From Syntrophorhabdaceae bacterium (GTDB taxonomy: Bacteria > Desulfobacterota > Syntrophorhabdia > Syntrophorhabdales > Syntrophorhabdaceae), in contig CAXXUO010000009.1 of the NCBI GenBank assembly GCA_963666485.2, positions 96,001 to 160,000 on the forward strand: a stretch of DNA of 64,000 nt. The letters run 5' to 3'. The translations under genes and the position numbers were made by a program. Below are positions 28,571 to 38,360 of this stretch, piece after piece (position 1 is the first letter of the stretch; each line of letters begins with the position of its first letter). Under the pieces are notes generated by a model. The model saw only the letters and a program-made list of their open reading frames with translations, searched no databases and had not been told where the DNA came from.

Positions 28571-29818
28571 ATGACCGCCATGATTGACGAAAAGAAAAAA
28601 TTCCAGGAAGTGCTCAATGTCGGTCTCGAGGTCATTCAAACCCGCGACATCGATATCCTCCTCGAAAGGATCCTCACAAAGGCGCGATACCTGACGAACG
28701 CCGACGCGGGATCGATCTATATAAAAGAGGGGGACACGCTCCTCTTCAGATATACACAGAACGACGCCCTTCAAAAACTATTGCCGCCGGGCAAGAAACT
28801 GATCTATTCGACGTTCACCGTCCCCGTGAATAACCAGTCCATTTCCGGTTATGTCGCAAACAACGGGCAGGTCGTCAATATCGAAAATGTCTACAACCTC
28901 ACGGACAATGTCCCGTTCTCGTTCGATCCGACCTACGACAGGCTGTCCGGGTACAGGACCCAGTCCGTTCTCTGCTTCCCCCTGAAAACGAATAACGACG
29001 AGGTCGTCGGGGTGCTGCAGCTTATCAACGCAAAAAACAACGACGGGAACATCGTCCCGTTCCTTCATGAAGACGAACCCTTTGCCGTCCATTTCGCAAA
29101 CAACGCCGCGATAGCCATTGAACGGGCAACGATGACCCGCGACATCATCCTGCGCATGATCAAGATGGCCGAGCTGCGTGACCCGATGGAGACAGGGGCG
29201 CACGTAAACAGGGTCTCGTCATATTCCGTGGAGCTTTACGAGGCATGGTCGCACCTGAAAGGGACCGACAAGGCCGAGATCGAGCAGAACAGGGACGTCC
29301 TCAAGATGGCCTCGATGCTGCACGATGTCGGCAAGGTAGCGATCACGGACCTCATTCTCAAAAAACCTGCCCGTTTAAACGACAGCGAGTACGAGATCAT
29401 GAAGCAGCACACGTATCTCGGGGCCAGGCTCTTTTCACAGCAGCGCTCCGATTTCGACAAGGCCGCCTTCCTCGTCACCCTGAACCACCATGAACGCTGG
29501 GACGGCCACGGATATCCCGGTTTTGTCGATTATGCAACGGGGGAGCCCCTGCCCGGTTATAAAGACAACGATGGTGCTATGCCCGGCAAGAAGACTGAAG
29601 AGATCCCGATATTCGGCAGGATCGTCGCGATCTGCGACGTCTTCGATGCGCTGAGCTCCGGGAGGTCGTACAAGGAAGCATGGGAAGAGGAGCGTGTCCT
29701 CGAGACCATGGCGGCTGAAAAGGGCAGGCATTTTGATCCCGAGATGCTCGACGTCTTCTTCTCGAACCTCGACGTCGTGCGCAACATCATGCAGTTGTAC
29801 CCGGAAGTCAAAGGCTAA
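28571..29818 (+). CDS. GAF + HD-GYP cyclic-di-GMP phosphodiesterase
   Basis: GAF region; HDVGK, HHERWDGHGYP. Confidence 0.9.
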   Translation: MTAMIDEKKKFQEVLNVGLEVIQTRDIDILLERILTKARYLTNADAGSIYIKEGDTLLFRYTQNDALQKLLPPGKKLIYSTFTVPVNNQSISGYVANNGQVVNIENVYNLTDNVPFSFDPTYDRLSGYRTQSVLCFPLKTNNDEVVGVLQLINAKNNDGNIVPFLHEDEPFAVHFANNAAIAIERATMTRDIILRMIKMAELRDPMETGAHVNRVSSYSVELYEAWSHLKGTDKAEIEQNRDVLKMASMLHDVGKVAITDLILKKPARLNDSEYEIMKQHTYLGARLFSQQRSDFDKAAFLVTLNHHERWDGHGYPGFVDYATGEPLPGYKDNDGAMPGKKTEEIPIFGRIVAICDVFDALSSGRSYKEAWEEERVLETMAAEKGRHFDPEMLDVFFSNLDVVRNIMQLYPEVKG

Positions 29819-29826
29819 AAAGATTC

Positions 29827-30104
29827 TCTCTCGCCCGCTTCGCTAGAGTTCGCGGAGTTCGCGGAGAAAGGCGGAGGCCGCGGGAGCCCGGAGCCGACCA
29901 GGCTCCCGTGGCATCTTCGATCCTGCCTTTCGGCAGGATGGACCACTTAGACTGTCAATTTCCTTGTATTGTTTTTTTTCTTTTCCTCGGCGAAGCCGAC
30001 GAAAGTGCCGGCTGGTCGTGGTCGGCTCCGCGACCAGCCGGCAAAGTCTTTTCCCTTCGCAGTTCTCTGTGACCTCCGTGAGCTCGAGCGAAGCGGGCGA
30101 GAGA
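29827..30104. repeat. ~280-bp structured palindromic element (MITE/REP-like), copy 1
   Basis: 18-bp perfect terminal inverted repeat TCTCTCGCCCGCTTCGCT; three internal hairpins; near-identical to 39433-39716. Confidence 0.85.
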
Positions 30105-30112
30105 ATGTCTTT

Positions 30113-31240
30113 TTAAACGTAGACCCTTGTGATCCTGCGGGAGATCTTGCAGAGGAGCTCGTAGGGGATCGTTCCCGCATTTTCGGCCATTTCGTTCGCG
30201 GAAACCCGGACCCCTTCCCGGCCGCCTTCACCGAGCAGGATCGCCTCGTCACCGCTGCTGACCGGCCCGGCACCTGTCACGTCAGCGAGGACCCAATCCA
30301 TGCACACCCTTCCGACAATTCTGCACCGTGTGTCGTTTATCAACACGACACCCTTGTTGGAGAGCGACCGCGGGTATCCGTCGGCGTACCCGACGGGGAT
30401 GTATGCTATCGCGGATGGTCGGTCGGTCGTGAACGTCCTGCCGTAACTTAAGGACATACCCGCGGGGAATTCCCTGCAGAACGCTACGCGGGCGGAAAGC
30501 TTCATGACCTGCTTAAGAGGCAGGGATTCTTCGAGAGACAACGACGGGTGCGAACCGTAGAGGCTGATTCCCGCACGGACCAGCGAAAAATGGGCTTCCG
30601 GGTAGTTGACGATCGCCCCCGAGTTGCTCATGTGGATATATCCCGGGTCGAATCCTGCCGACCTGAAGATGTTTATTACCTCGCGAAATGCCGCGACCTG
30701 CTGAAGGCCGTACTCGTCGCGTACCTCCGACACCGAGAAATGTGACATAAGCCCTTCGACGTATATCCCCCGGGCGCCGGCAAGTTTTTGAACTATATCG
30801 CGCGCATCCCGTGTATGGAATCCGAGCCGCCCCATGCCGGTATCGAATTTGAGATGCACCTTGAGCGGACGCCCAAACCCTTGCGTTGCTTCGATAAGCC
30901 TCGCGAGAGTGGTCGCGTCGTATACGACAGGCGTCAGGTCGTACCTCGCAACCGGTTCGATCTCGTCCCAGGAGAATAGCCCGCTCATAATAAGTACCGG
31001 TGTTACTATCCGGCCTGACCGTAAGGCCATCCCTTCATCGACGGTCGCCACGCCGAGGTAGTCGATGCCGATGGACTCCAGTTTTTTGGATATCTCGATC
31101 GCCCCGTGTCCATAGGCATCGGCCTTGACCACCCCGAGAAGCCCGGCCCCGGGGCTCAAGCGCTTCCGGATGGACGAGCAGTTGTACTCGAGGGCACCGA
31201 GGTCGATATATGCGACGGCCCTCGACACATTCGCCATCAC
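30113..31240 (-). CDS. alr: Alanine racemase
   Basis: VVKADAYGHG, DTGMGRLG, GYADG, GRVCMD. Confidence 0.97.
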   Translation of the reverse strand: MMANVSRAVAYIDLGALEYNCSSIRKRLSPGAGLLGVVKADAYGHGAIEISKKLESIGIDYLGVATVDEGMALRSGRIVTPVLIMSGLFSWDEIEPVARYDLTPVVYDATTLARLIEATQGFGRPLKVHLKFDTGMGRLGFHTRDARDIVQKLAGARGIYVEGLMSHFSVSEVRDEYGLQQVAAFREVINIFRSAGFDPGYIHMSNSGAIVNYPEAHFSLVRAGISLYGSHPSLSLEESLPLKQVMKLSARVAFCREFPAGMSLSYGRTFTTDRPSAIAYIPVGYADGYPRSLSNKGVVLINDTRCRIVGRVCMDWVLADVTGAGPVSSGDEAILLGEGGREGVRVSANEMAENAGTIPYELLCKISRRITRVYV

Positions 31241-32544
31241 GTACCTCCTTGACCGTTAAGGATCGTGCTGAACACTTTTTCGGCCGCCTCGAGGGTCCTG
31301 TCTATCTCTTCGTTGCCGAAAGCACAGGTAAAGAATGACGCCTCAAACTGGCTCGGGGCAAAAAAGACCCCCTCGGAAAGCATTCCCTTGAAGAATTTTT
31401 CGTACAGCGCCCTGTCGCAGGCAGCGGCCGTATCGTAATCGACAACAGCGTCCCTGGAAAAGAAACCGGTGAACATGCCCGTTGTGCCATTTACCCGGTA
31501 CCGAACACCGTTCCGGCGTGCTATCTCGAGCATGCCCTCGGACAATCTCTCGCCAAGGCGCGTGAATCCGGCATAGATCTCCCCGGCACTGCCCTTCAAG
31601 CGGCCGAGCACATGGATGCCGGCCCTGACCGCAACGGGATTGCCCGACAGCGTGCCTGCCTGGTACACGTCTCCAAGCGGGGCGAGACGCTCCATGACGC
31701 GCCTCTTTCCGCCAAAAGCACCGATAGGAAACCCGCCGCCTATGATCTTCCCGAGGCAGGTAATGTCCGGGTCGATGCCCCATGCGTGCTGGGCGCCGCC
31801 AAAGGCGATACGAAAACCGCTGATGACCTCGTCGAAGATGAGAAGAATGCCCCTCTCCTTGCACAGGCTTTCAAGCCCTTTGAGAAACCCGTCTTCAGGG
31901 AGGATGACCCCCATGTTCCCCATTATGGGTTCGATGATGACACAGGCGATATCATCGGAATTATCCATGATCTGCCGGACAGTTTCGAGCCTGTTGAATT
32001 CCGCGACATATGTGTGTTTTGCGAGGTCTGCCGGGACACCAGCGCTGTCGGGGATCCCGAATGTCGCAAGCCCCGATCCGGCCTTGACGAGCAGGCTGTC
32101 AACGTGCCCGTGGTAACACCCCCTGAATTTTATGACCCCGCTTTTACCTGTGTACCCGCGCGCAAGCCGTATCGCGCTCATGGTGGCCTCGGTCCCCGAG
32201 GTGGTCAGGCGTAAGGATTCCATCGAGGGGAATGCGTCGAGAACCAGGTGGGCAAGTTCGATCTCATAAGGATGGCACGCCCCGTAACTTGTCCCGTCCT
32301 CGAGCGCCTCCCGCACAGACGCAATGAGCGCGTCATCGGCATGGCCGAGCACGATCGCTCCCCACGAAGAGACATAATCGATGTACGCGTTTCCGTCCAC
32401 ATCGTAAAGATACGCCCCTTTCGCCCGCTTCACGTAAAACGGCCTGTCGTTGACAGACTTGAATGCCCGCACGGGGCTGTTGACGCCGCCCGGAATGAGC
32501 CGTACGGCCTCGGCGCAATACTCGTCAGATCTCGTTTTTATCAT
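31237..32544 (-). CDS. hemL: Glutamate-1-semialdehyde 2,1-aminomutase
   Basis: PGGVNSPVRAF, SGTEATM, LGKIIGGG, YQAGTLSGNP. Confidence 0.97.
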   Translation of the reverse strand: MIKTRSDEYCAEAVRLIPGGVNSPVRAFKSVNDRPFYVKRAKGAYLYDVDGNAYIDYVSSWGAIVLGHADDALIASVREALEDGTSYGACHPYEIELAHLVLDAFPSMESLRLTTSGTEATMSAIRLARGYTGKSGVIKFRGCYHGHVDSLLVKAGSGLATFGIPDSAGVPADLAKHTYVAEFNRLETVRQIMDNSDDIACVIIEPIMGNMGVILPEDGFLKGLESLCKERGILLIFDEVISGFRIAFGGAQHAWGIDPDITCLGKIIGGGFPIGAFGGKRRVMERLAPLGDVYQAGTLSGNPVAVRAGIHVLGRLKGSAGEIYAGFTRLGERLSEGMLEIARRNGVRYRVNGTTGMFTGFFSRDAVVDYDTAAACDRALYEKFFKGMLSEGVFFAPSQFEASFFTCAFGNEEIDRTLEAAEKVFSTILNGQGGT

Positions 32545-32996
32545 GGCCTTACCGAAAAAGATGTTTTCTTGAATTCCCGTTTGCTGAAAAGTATCCTGTA
32601 ATCATGGATGCCCGATAGCGACGCCATGGCGTCGATAACGGCGGTGCATGCCTCGCGCGTCTTCCCGTGGACCATCGTGAAAAGATTGTAAGGCCAGTAC
32701 CCCGCTGTGTCACGCTCATAACAATGGCTGACCTCTTTAAAGTCCGCCATGAGCGTCCCTATCTCCTCGATCCGGTCCTCCGGGACCCTCCAGACAACCA
32801 TCGCGTTGCCTTCGAAAGAGACCGCCCGGTGCGCGACCATCACGGCGATCCTCCGGATGACCCCTTTTTCCTTGAGGAATGAGAGTTCCTCTATCAATTC
32901 CTCACCTGTCATGCCCATATTCCTGGCCATTGTCTCATATGGCCTGTCGGTTATCGGGAAATCGGCGGGAAGCGCTTCCAGAGGGATTTTCATCAC
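32541..32996 (-). CDS. ahbB: Siroheme decarboxylase beta subunit (AhbB/NirH, Lrp-like)
   Basis: RPY, NAMVVW, VSHCYER, WPYNLFTMVH, EFKKTS; upstream of hemL. Confidence 0.8.
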   Translation of the reverse strand: MMKIPLEALPADFPITDRPYETMARNMGMTGEELIEELSFLKEKGVIRRIAVMVAHRAVSFEGNAMVVWRVPEDRIEEIGTLMADFKEVSHCYERDTAGYWPYNLFTMVHGKTREACTAVIDAMASLSGIHDYRILFSKREFKKTSFSVRP

Positions 32997-33160
32997 GTCT
33001 ATTGTTACATATACGGAAAAACCATTTCAAATAAATTATCGTTCAAAAAAAACTTTACAACAGGCGGCCGGACATGTTGTAACTATCAAATTCGCAAGTT
33101 GCAACACAGTGCCTGCATTATGGCACGTAAATTCTGTCAGTATAAGCAAAGGAGCCCGGT

Positions 33161-34324
33161 ATGGTAAAGCCAGCGTCGAGAATTGAACAGATCCCGCCGT
33201 ATCTGTTTGCGCGGATCGATAAGAAAAAAGCGGAGGTCCGGGCAAAAGGGATGGACCTCGTCGATTTCGGCATAGGGGACCCGGACATTCCCACCCCTGC
33301 CAATATCATAGCCGCCATGAAAAAGGCGGTCGACGACCCGAAAAACCACAGGTATCCCAGCTACGAAGGCATGCCGGAATTCCGGCAGGCGGCGGCGGCG
33401 TGGTACAGGCAGCGTTTCGGGGTCGATCTCAATTATGACACCGAGGTCGTGACCCTCATCGGCTCGAAGGAAGGAATAGCACACATACCGTGGGCATACG
33501 CGGAACCCGGCGACGTTGTTCTGTGTCCCTCACCCGGGTACCCCGTCTATAAGATCGCCACTATCTTTGCCGGCGCCACCCCGTACATCATGCCCCTGAA
33601 GGAAGAGAACGGGTTCCTGCCCCGCTACGAGGACATCCCGGAAGATGTCCTGAAAAAGGCGAAGCTTCTCTTTATCAACTATCCGAACAACCCGACCGGC
33701 GCATGTGCGGACGACAGTTTCTATGAAAAGACGCTGGAACTGGCAAAACGTTACAACATACTGATCTGCCACGACGCCGCCTACAGCGAGATCGCCTATG
33801 ACGGGTACCGGCCGAAGAGCATCCTGGAATTCGACAGGGACAAAAAATACTCCCTTGAATTCCATTCCCTGTCCAAAACATACTGCATGACGGGCTGGAG
33901 AATAGGTTTCGCGGTCGGCAATGCCGACGGCATTTACAACCTCGGGAAGCTTAAGACAAACATCGACTCGGGCGCCTTCCAGGCCGTGCAGTATGCCGGC
34001 ATAGAAGCCTTGAGCGGCGACCAGACCTCCGTTCAGGAACTCAACGCCCGCCTTGAAAAAAGACGGGACGCGGCCGTCGAGGCTTTCAAAGCCCTCGGCG
34101 TCGACATACAAGGCCCGAAGGCCACCTATTATATCTGGGCCAAGGTCCCAAAAGGGTTTACATCGTCCGATTTCTGTGAAAAACTTATTGAGGAAACGGG
34201 GATCGTCGTAACCCCGGGAAGCGGGTTCGGCGATGATGGCGAAGGTTATTTCCGGATCTCGATAACGCTGGGTGAAGAGAAAATAGCCGAGGCTGCACGG
34301 CGGCTCAAATCATTTACGCTTTAA
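33161..34324 (+). CDS. dapL: LL-diaminopimelate aminotransferase (class I/II aminotransferase)
   Basis: PPYLFA, GIGDPD, GSKEGI, NYPNNPTG, SLSKTYCMTGWRIG. Confidence 0.85.
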   Translation: MVKPASRIEQIPPYLFARIDKKKAEVRAKGMDLVDFGIGDPDIPTPANIIAAMKKAVDDPKNHRYPSYEGMPEFRQAAAAWYRQRFGVDLNYDTEVVTLIGSKEGIAHIPWAYAEPGDVVLCPSPGYPVYKIATIFAGATPYIMPLKEENGFLPRYEDIPEDVLKKAKLLFINYPNNPTGACADDSFYEKTLELAKRYNILICHDAAYSEIAYDGYRPKSILEFDRDKKYSLEFHSLSKTYCMTGWRIGFAVGNADGIYNLGKLKTNIDSGAFQAVQYAGIEALSGDQTSVQELNARLEKRRDAAVEAFKALGVDIQGPKATYYIWAKVPKGFTSSDFCEKLIEETGIVVTPGSGFGDDGEGYFRISITLGEEKIAEAARRLKSFTL

Positions 34325-34338
34325 TACATGGAGGGGTT

Positions 34339-35697
34339 TTGATGAGGCCCGGCATGGCACGGTCGACTGGAACATGCTTCATTTGCTTGTTTCTTCTGCT
34401 CGCACCTTTATGCGTGGTATCTTTTGCCGCCGATTCACCGGACGGGATAAACGACAAGGGCCGTGCACTCGCCAAATCGGGCAAATGTTCCGATGCGATC
34501 GGCGAATTCTCGCGTGCGATAAAGGCCAACCCTGCATTCGTCGAAGCGTGGTACAACAGGGGTTACTGCCAGGCCGAGATCGGCAACTGGACCGATGCGA
34601 TCAAGGATTATAACCACGTCATCGAGCTCGACCCTACCGATGCCCTCACCTACAACAACAGGGGCCACGCATATTACAGCCTCGAGAATTATGAGCAGGC
34701 GATCAAGGATTATAACAAGGCAATCGAGTTAAAGCCGGACCTCGCCACCGCGTACAGCAACAGGGGCCTTGCATACGACTGGGCCGGGAAGCCGGAACTT
34801 GCCATACGCGACTACAACAAGGCGATCGAACTCAACCCTTCATATACGACCGCCTACAATAACCGTGGTTATCATTACGATACGATAGGCCAGTTCGAGC
34901 GTGCTATCGCCGATTTCGACAAGGCGCTGTCCCTCAACCCCTCATATGCAATTGCCTACTACAACAGGGGATACACATATCACAACCTGGGCAAATATGA
35001 GCAGGCGATCAAGGATTACACGAGCGCGATAAAGATAAACCCGAAGTATGCGTCAGCGTACTTCAGGAGAGGCATCACCCAGAACGTCCTCGGCGACAAG
35101 GTCTCGGCAATTGCAAATTATACCAGTGCCATCGAGATAGACCCGTCGTACGCAACGGCATACACCTATCGCGGCCTCGCATACGACAGCCAGGGCAAAT
35201 ACACCGAGGCCCTGAAAGACCAGGACAAGGCCATAGCGATCAATCCCAAACTTGCGCTCGCATACAATAATCGCGGGTTCACGCACTTCAACATGGAAAA
35301 CTACCGTGCCGCGATAGACGATTACACAAAGGCGGTAACATTAAACCCGGAATACGCGGTAGCATTCAGCAACAGGGGATACGCACACGACAAGCTTGGG
35401 TACTATCCTCTCGCACTCAAGGATTACGGGCGCGCTATCGAGCTCGATCACGGATACGCGACCGCCTACAACAACCGCGGGTTCACGCACTTCAACATGG
35501 GCAATTACCATGAATCTATCGCAGACTACACAAAGGCCATACAGTTACGGCCCGGGTACGCCCTTGCCTACTATAATAGAGCCGTTGCGCACTCGAAGCT
35601 CGCCCAGATGGACGACGCCATATCCGACCTGAAGCAGGCCGCCAAGTTCGGCGATAAGGACGCGGAAGACGCGCTGAAGCAGCTGAACATAAAATAA
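34339..35697 (+). CDS. Secreted tetratricopeptide-repeat protein
   Basis: Signal peptide; ~11 repeats of AYxNRG..AIxDYxKAIxLxP. Confidence 0.92.
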   Translation: MMRPGMARSTGTCFICLFLLLAPLCVVSFAADSPDGINDKGRALAKSGKCSDAIGEFSRAIKANPAFVEAWYNRGYCQAEIGNWTDAIKDYNHVIELDPTDALTYNNRGHAYYSLENYEQAIKDYNKAIELKPDLATAYSNRGLAYDWAGKPELAIRDYNKAIELNPSYTTAYNNRGYHYDTIGQFERAIADFDKALSLNPSYAIAYYNRGYTYHNLGKYEQAIKDYTSAIKINPKYASAYFRRGITQNVLGDKVSAIANYTSAIEIDPSYATAYTYRGLAYDSQGKYTEALKDQDKAIAINPKLALAYNNRGFTHFNMENYRAAIDDYTKAVTLNPEYAVAFSNRGYAHDKLGYYPLALKDYGRAIELDHGYATAYNNRGFTHFNMGNYHESIADYTKAIQLRPGYALAYYNRAVAHSKLAQMDDAISDLKQAAKFGDKDAEDALKQLNIK

Positions 35698-35820
35698 AAA
35701 ACGGTTCAAAGTTCAAAGTTCAAAGAAGAAAAATAATCCCCGGTAAACAAAAATATCGGAACTGGCGGAGTTTAGTGGTTTTTTCCTTGAACTTTGAACT
35801 TTGAACCTTGAACCGTTTTT
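35696..35820. repeat. Inverted arrays of 7-mer GTTCAA(A/G) between convergent genes
   Basis: AAAACGGTTCAAAGTTCAAAGTTCAAAG ... CTTGAACTTTGAACTTTGAACCTTGAACCGTTTT. Confidence 0.8.
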
Positions 35821-36734
35821 CAGGTTGCAACCCTGTTTCTGCCCGCCTTCTTCGCCGCGTACATCAACGCGTCCGCGCGTTTTATGATGCCGTGCGCGGA
35901 GTCTTTCTTGCGGGCCAGCGTGACGCCTATCGATATGGTGATATGGGTGTCGCTCCCGTCAAGCGGTACCGTGGACCTTTCGACGAGTACCCGCAGTTTT
36001 TCTGCAACATGGCGGAGCTTCTCTTCGTCCACGTTTGTGACGAAGGCAACGAACTCCTCTCCTCCCCATCGGCTGACTACGTCCGACGACCGAAGGCCGT
36101 TGTTTATCGTGGCGGCGATCAGGCGCAGCACCCTGTCGCCGGCTTCGTGACCGTATGTGTCATTGACGTTCTTAAACCTGTCGATATCGATGAAAAGGAC
36201 CCCGAAGGCCCACCCGTAGCGCTTGAGCTCCCTTAACTTGTTCGTGAGGTTCATCTCCCCGTACCGCCTGTTCCCGAGCCGGGTCAAAGGGTCGAGCAGG
36301 GCCATGCGTTCGAGTTCGCGGAGTTTCCTCGTCAGGTCCTGGCTCGAATAATTGTCGCTGAAAACTTCTGCGGCGCCTATCACAACGCCCTTGCTGTCGA
36401 GTATCGGCGCTATCCTGACGATCACGGGAACCTGGTGACCTTCCCGATGGTGAAAGAAAAGCTCTGCCTCCTTGTTCTTTCCTTCCCGCATAGCGGCCTC
36501 GAGAAGACACCGGTTGTCGCACAGTGCGGCCCCGTCATTGTCGATGTGCTTGAGGATATTGTCCCAGCAATACCTGCCGACGATCTCGGACCGTTTGTAA
36601 CCCGTCATTCTCTCTGCAGCTTCATTCCAGTACTGGATCTTGCGGTCTTTATCGACAACGTAGACGCCTTCGTACAGGTTGTCGAGAAGTTTATGATAGA
36701 AGGAATCGGTCAGAAGACCCCGGGTACGAGGCAT
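35820..36734 (-). CDS. PAS-GGDEF diguanylate cyclase
   Basis: PAS region; DIDRFKNVNDTYGH, RSSD I-site, WGGEEF. Confidence 0.92.
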   Translation of the reverse strand: MPRTRGLLTDSFYHKLLDNLYEGVYVVDKDRKIQYWNEAAERMTGYKRSEIVGRYCWDNILKHIDNDGAALCDNRCLLEAAMREGKNKEAELFFHHREGHQVPVIVRIAPILDSKGVVIGAAEVFSDNYSSQDLTRKLRELERMALLDPLTRLGNRRYGEMNLTNKLRELKRYGWAFGVLFIDIDRFKNVNDTYGHEAGDRVLRLIAATINNGLRSSDVVSRWGGEEFVAFVTNVDEEKLRHVAEKLRVLVERSTVPLDGSDTHITISIGVTLARKKDSAHGIIKRADALMYAAKKAGRNRVAT

Positions 36735-36736
36735 GA

Positions 36737-38116
36737 TTATCCGCCGCGGCCTCCCACGATGATCCCCGGTATCCGCAAGGTAGGCTGGGCGTCTGCAACG
36801 GGCACTCCCTGCCCGTCCTTCCCGCACGTGCCTATCCCGAACCCGAGGTCGCACCCCACCATGTCGATGTCCTTGAGCACCTTCAGCCCGTTTCCCATCA
36901 TCGTCGCGTTCTTGATCATCGGCCCGACAGTGCCTTTTTCGATCAGGTACCCTTCCGATATTTCGAAGACAAAATCACCGCGCACGGTATCGACCTGGCC
37001 GCCGCCCATCTTGACGACAAAAACACCGTCGTCAACGGATGCGAGGATCTCGCCGGGGTCGTGTTTTCCCGGCACGATCATCGTGTTGCTCATGCGCGGT
37101 ATCGGCCTGAAACGGTATGATTCACGCCTGCCGTTCCCCGTCGACGGCATCGCGTGTTTCATGGCGTGGAACCGGTCGAAGAGATAGTTTTTGAGAACAC
37201 CGTGTTCAACGAGAACCGTGCGCTGCGATGAGGTGCCTTCGTCATCGAACGCGTACGTGCCGCGCATATGGGGGATGGTCGCATCGTCGACAACGCCGAT
37301 GAGGGGCGACGCTATCTCCTGCCCGAGAAGCCCCTTGTAGCAGGACAGTCCTTCCATGGCGAGGTCTGCCTCGAGCCCGTGGCCGATCGCTTCATGGATC
37401 ATCGTCCCGCCGGCTTCCGACGCGAGGACGACAGTCTTCGCTCCACTCGGGGCCTCGCGCGCGGCAAGAAGGCCCGATAACCGCCTGACCGTTTTCTCGG
37501 CAAGCGACCCCATCAGCTCGTCGGTGAAATACTCAAACCCGTAGAACCCGCCTGCCGCCTCGTACGACGTCTGCATCTCGGAGCCGTCCCGCCCGACGAG
37601 AAGCACCGTGAACACAACCTGCATCCGGCTGTCGCGCTTAAGACCTTTGTCCGTGGTCGCTATCGTAACTTCCTGGCGCGTATCCCGGTACATAATGCGG
37701 ACCTGGATGATCCGCGGCTCCAGGGAACGGACCTTTGCCTCGAAGTTCCTCACGAGCGCAAGTTTATCCTTGACATCGACGCCGCCGGGGTCGCGGGAGA
37801 TCGAAAAAGGATACGCTGCGCTCGCCTCGCCCGCGGACAACAGGGCGGCCTCACCTTTCCGTGAACCCGTATAACCGGACAGCTTCTGAGCAAGGGACGT
37901 GAGCCGCGCCTCGTCGAAGGAATTTGTCGAGGCGTAATAGGTCTTCCAGGGATCGATCACCCTCAACCCGACCCCGGCATCCTCACCCTGCTCCAGTTTT
38001 TCGACCTTTCCGGATTCAAGCTGGATAAGGGTGTAATTCCGTACATCGACGTACGTATCGGCGTACGCACCCGAGCGGTCCATAAGCGCTTCGAGTATCC
38101 TCTTCTCATTGAACAT
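36737..38116 (-). CDS. tldD: TldD metalloprotease
   Basis: HEAIGHGLEAD, FDDEG, GNGRRESY, PRMSNT, CGKDGQ. Confidence 0.93.
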   Translation of the reverse strand: MFNEKRILEALMDRSGAYADTYVDVRNYTLIQLESGKVEKLEQGEDAGVGLRVIDPWKTYYASTNSFDEARLTSLAQKLSGYTGSRKGEAALLSAGEASAAYPFSISRDPGGVDVKDKLALVRNFEAKVRSLEPRIIQVRIMYRDTRQEVTIATTDKGLKRDSRMQVVFTVLLVGRDGSEMQTSYEAAGGFYGFEYFTDELMGSLAEKTVRRLSGLLAAREAPSGAKTVVLASEAGGTMIHEAIGHGLEADLAMEGLSCYKGLLGQEIASPLIGVVDDATIPHMRGTYAFDDEGTSSQRTVLVEHGVLKNYLFDRFHAMKHAMPSTGNGRRESYRFRPIPRMSNTMIVPGKHDPGEILASVDDGVFVVKMGGGQVDTVRGDFVFEISEGYLIEKGTVGPMIKNATMMGNGLKVLKDIDMVGCDLGFGIGTCGKDGQGVPVADAQPTLRIPGIIVGGRGG

Positions 38117-38360
38117 CGGGTGCCTCCCTGAATCCTATTCCATAGTGTACCATATCGGCGACGATGCCCCGGACATCCTCCTCGAAGGACGCCGGATAGA
38201 TAAGCTCTATGAGGCCGCGGTCACCGTCAAGGACGGAAAAAATGGCGACGTCCTCGTATGATTCGAGGATCGCCTTAAAAAAACCGATGCCGCTGCGGTC
38301 CATGATGTACCGTTTTGTCCGCTCCTCGAAAACACGTCGGCCATCCTGCGGCATTGTCAA
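38106..38360 (-). CDS. DUF4911-like small protein
   Basis: IGFFKAILESYEDVA pattern; overlaps both neighbours. Confidence 0.65.
   Translation of the reverse strand: MTMPQDGRRVFEERTKRYIMDRSGIGFFKAILESYEDVAIFSVLDGDRGLIELIYPASFEEDVRGIVADMVHYGIGFREAPDVQ

Noticed and set aside
29827..30104. Hammerhead/HDV ribozyme or riboswitch; ORFs 29947-30273 and 39297-39890
   Set aside because: No CUGANGA core or HDV topology identified by eye; the ORFs are by-products of the repeat and opposite-strand genes
34339..35697. 102-bp periodicity as a DNA repeat array
   Set aside because: Explained by 34-aa TPR coding repeats
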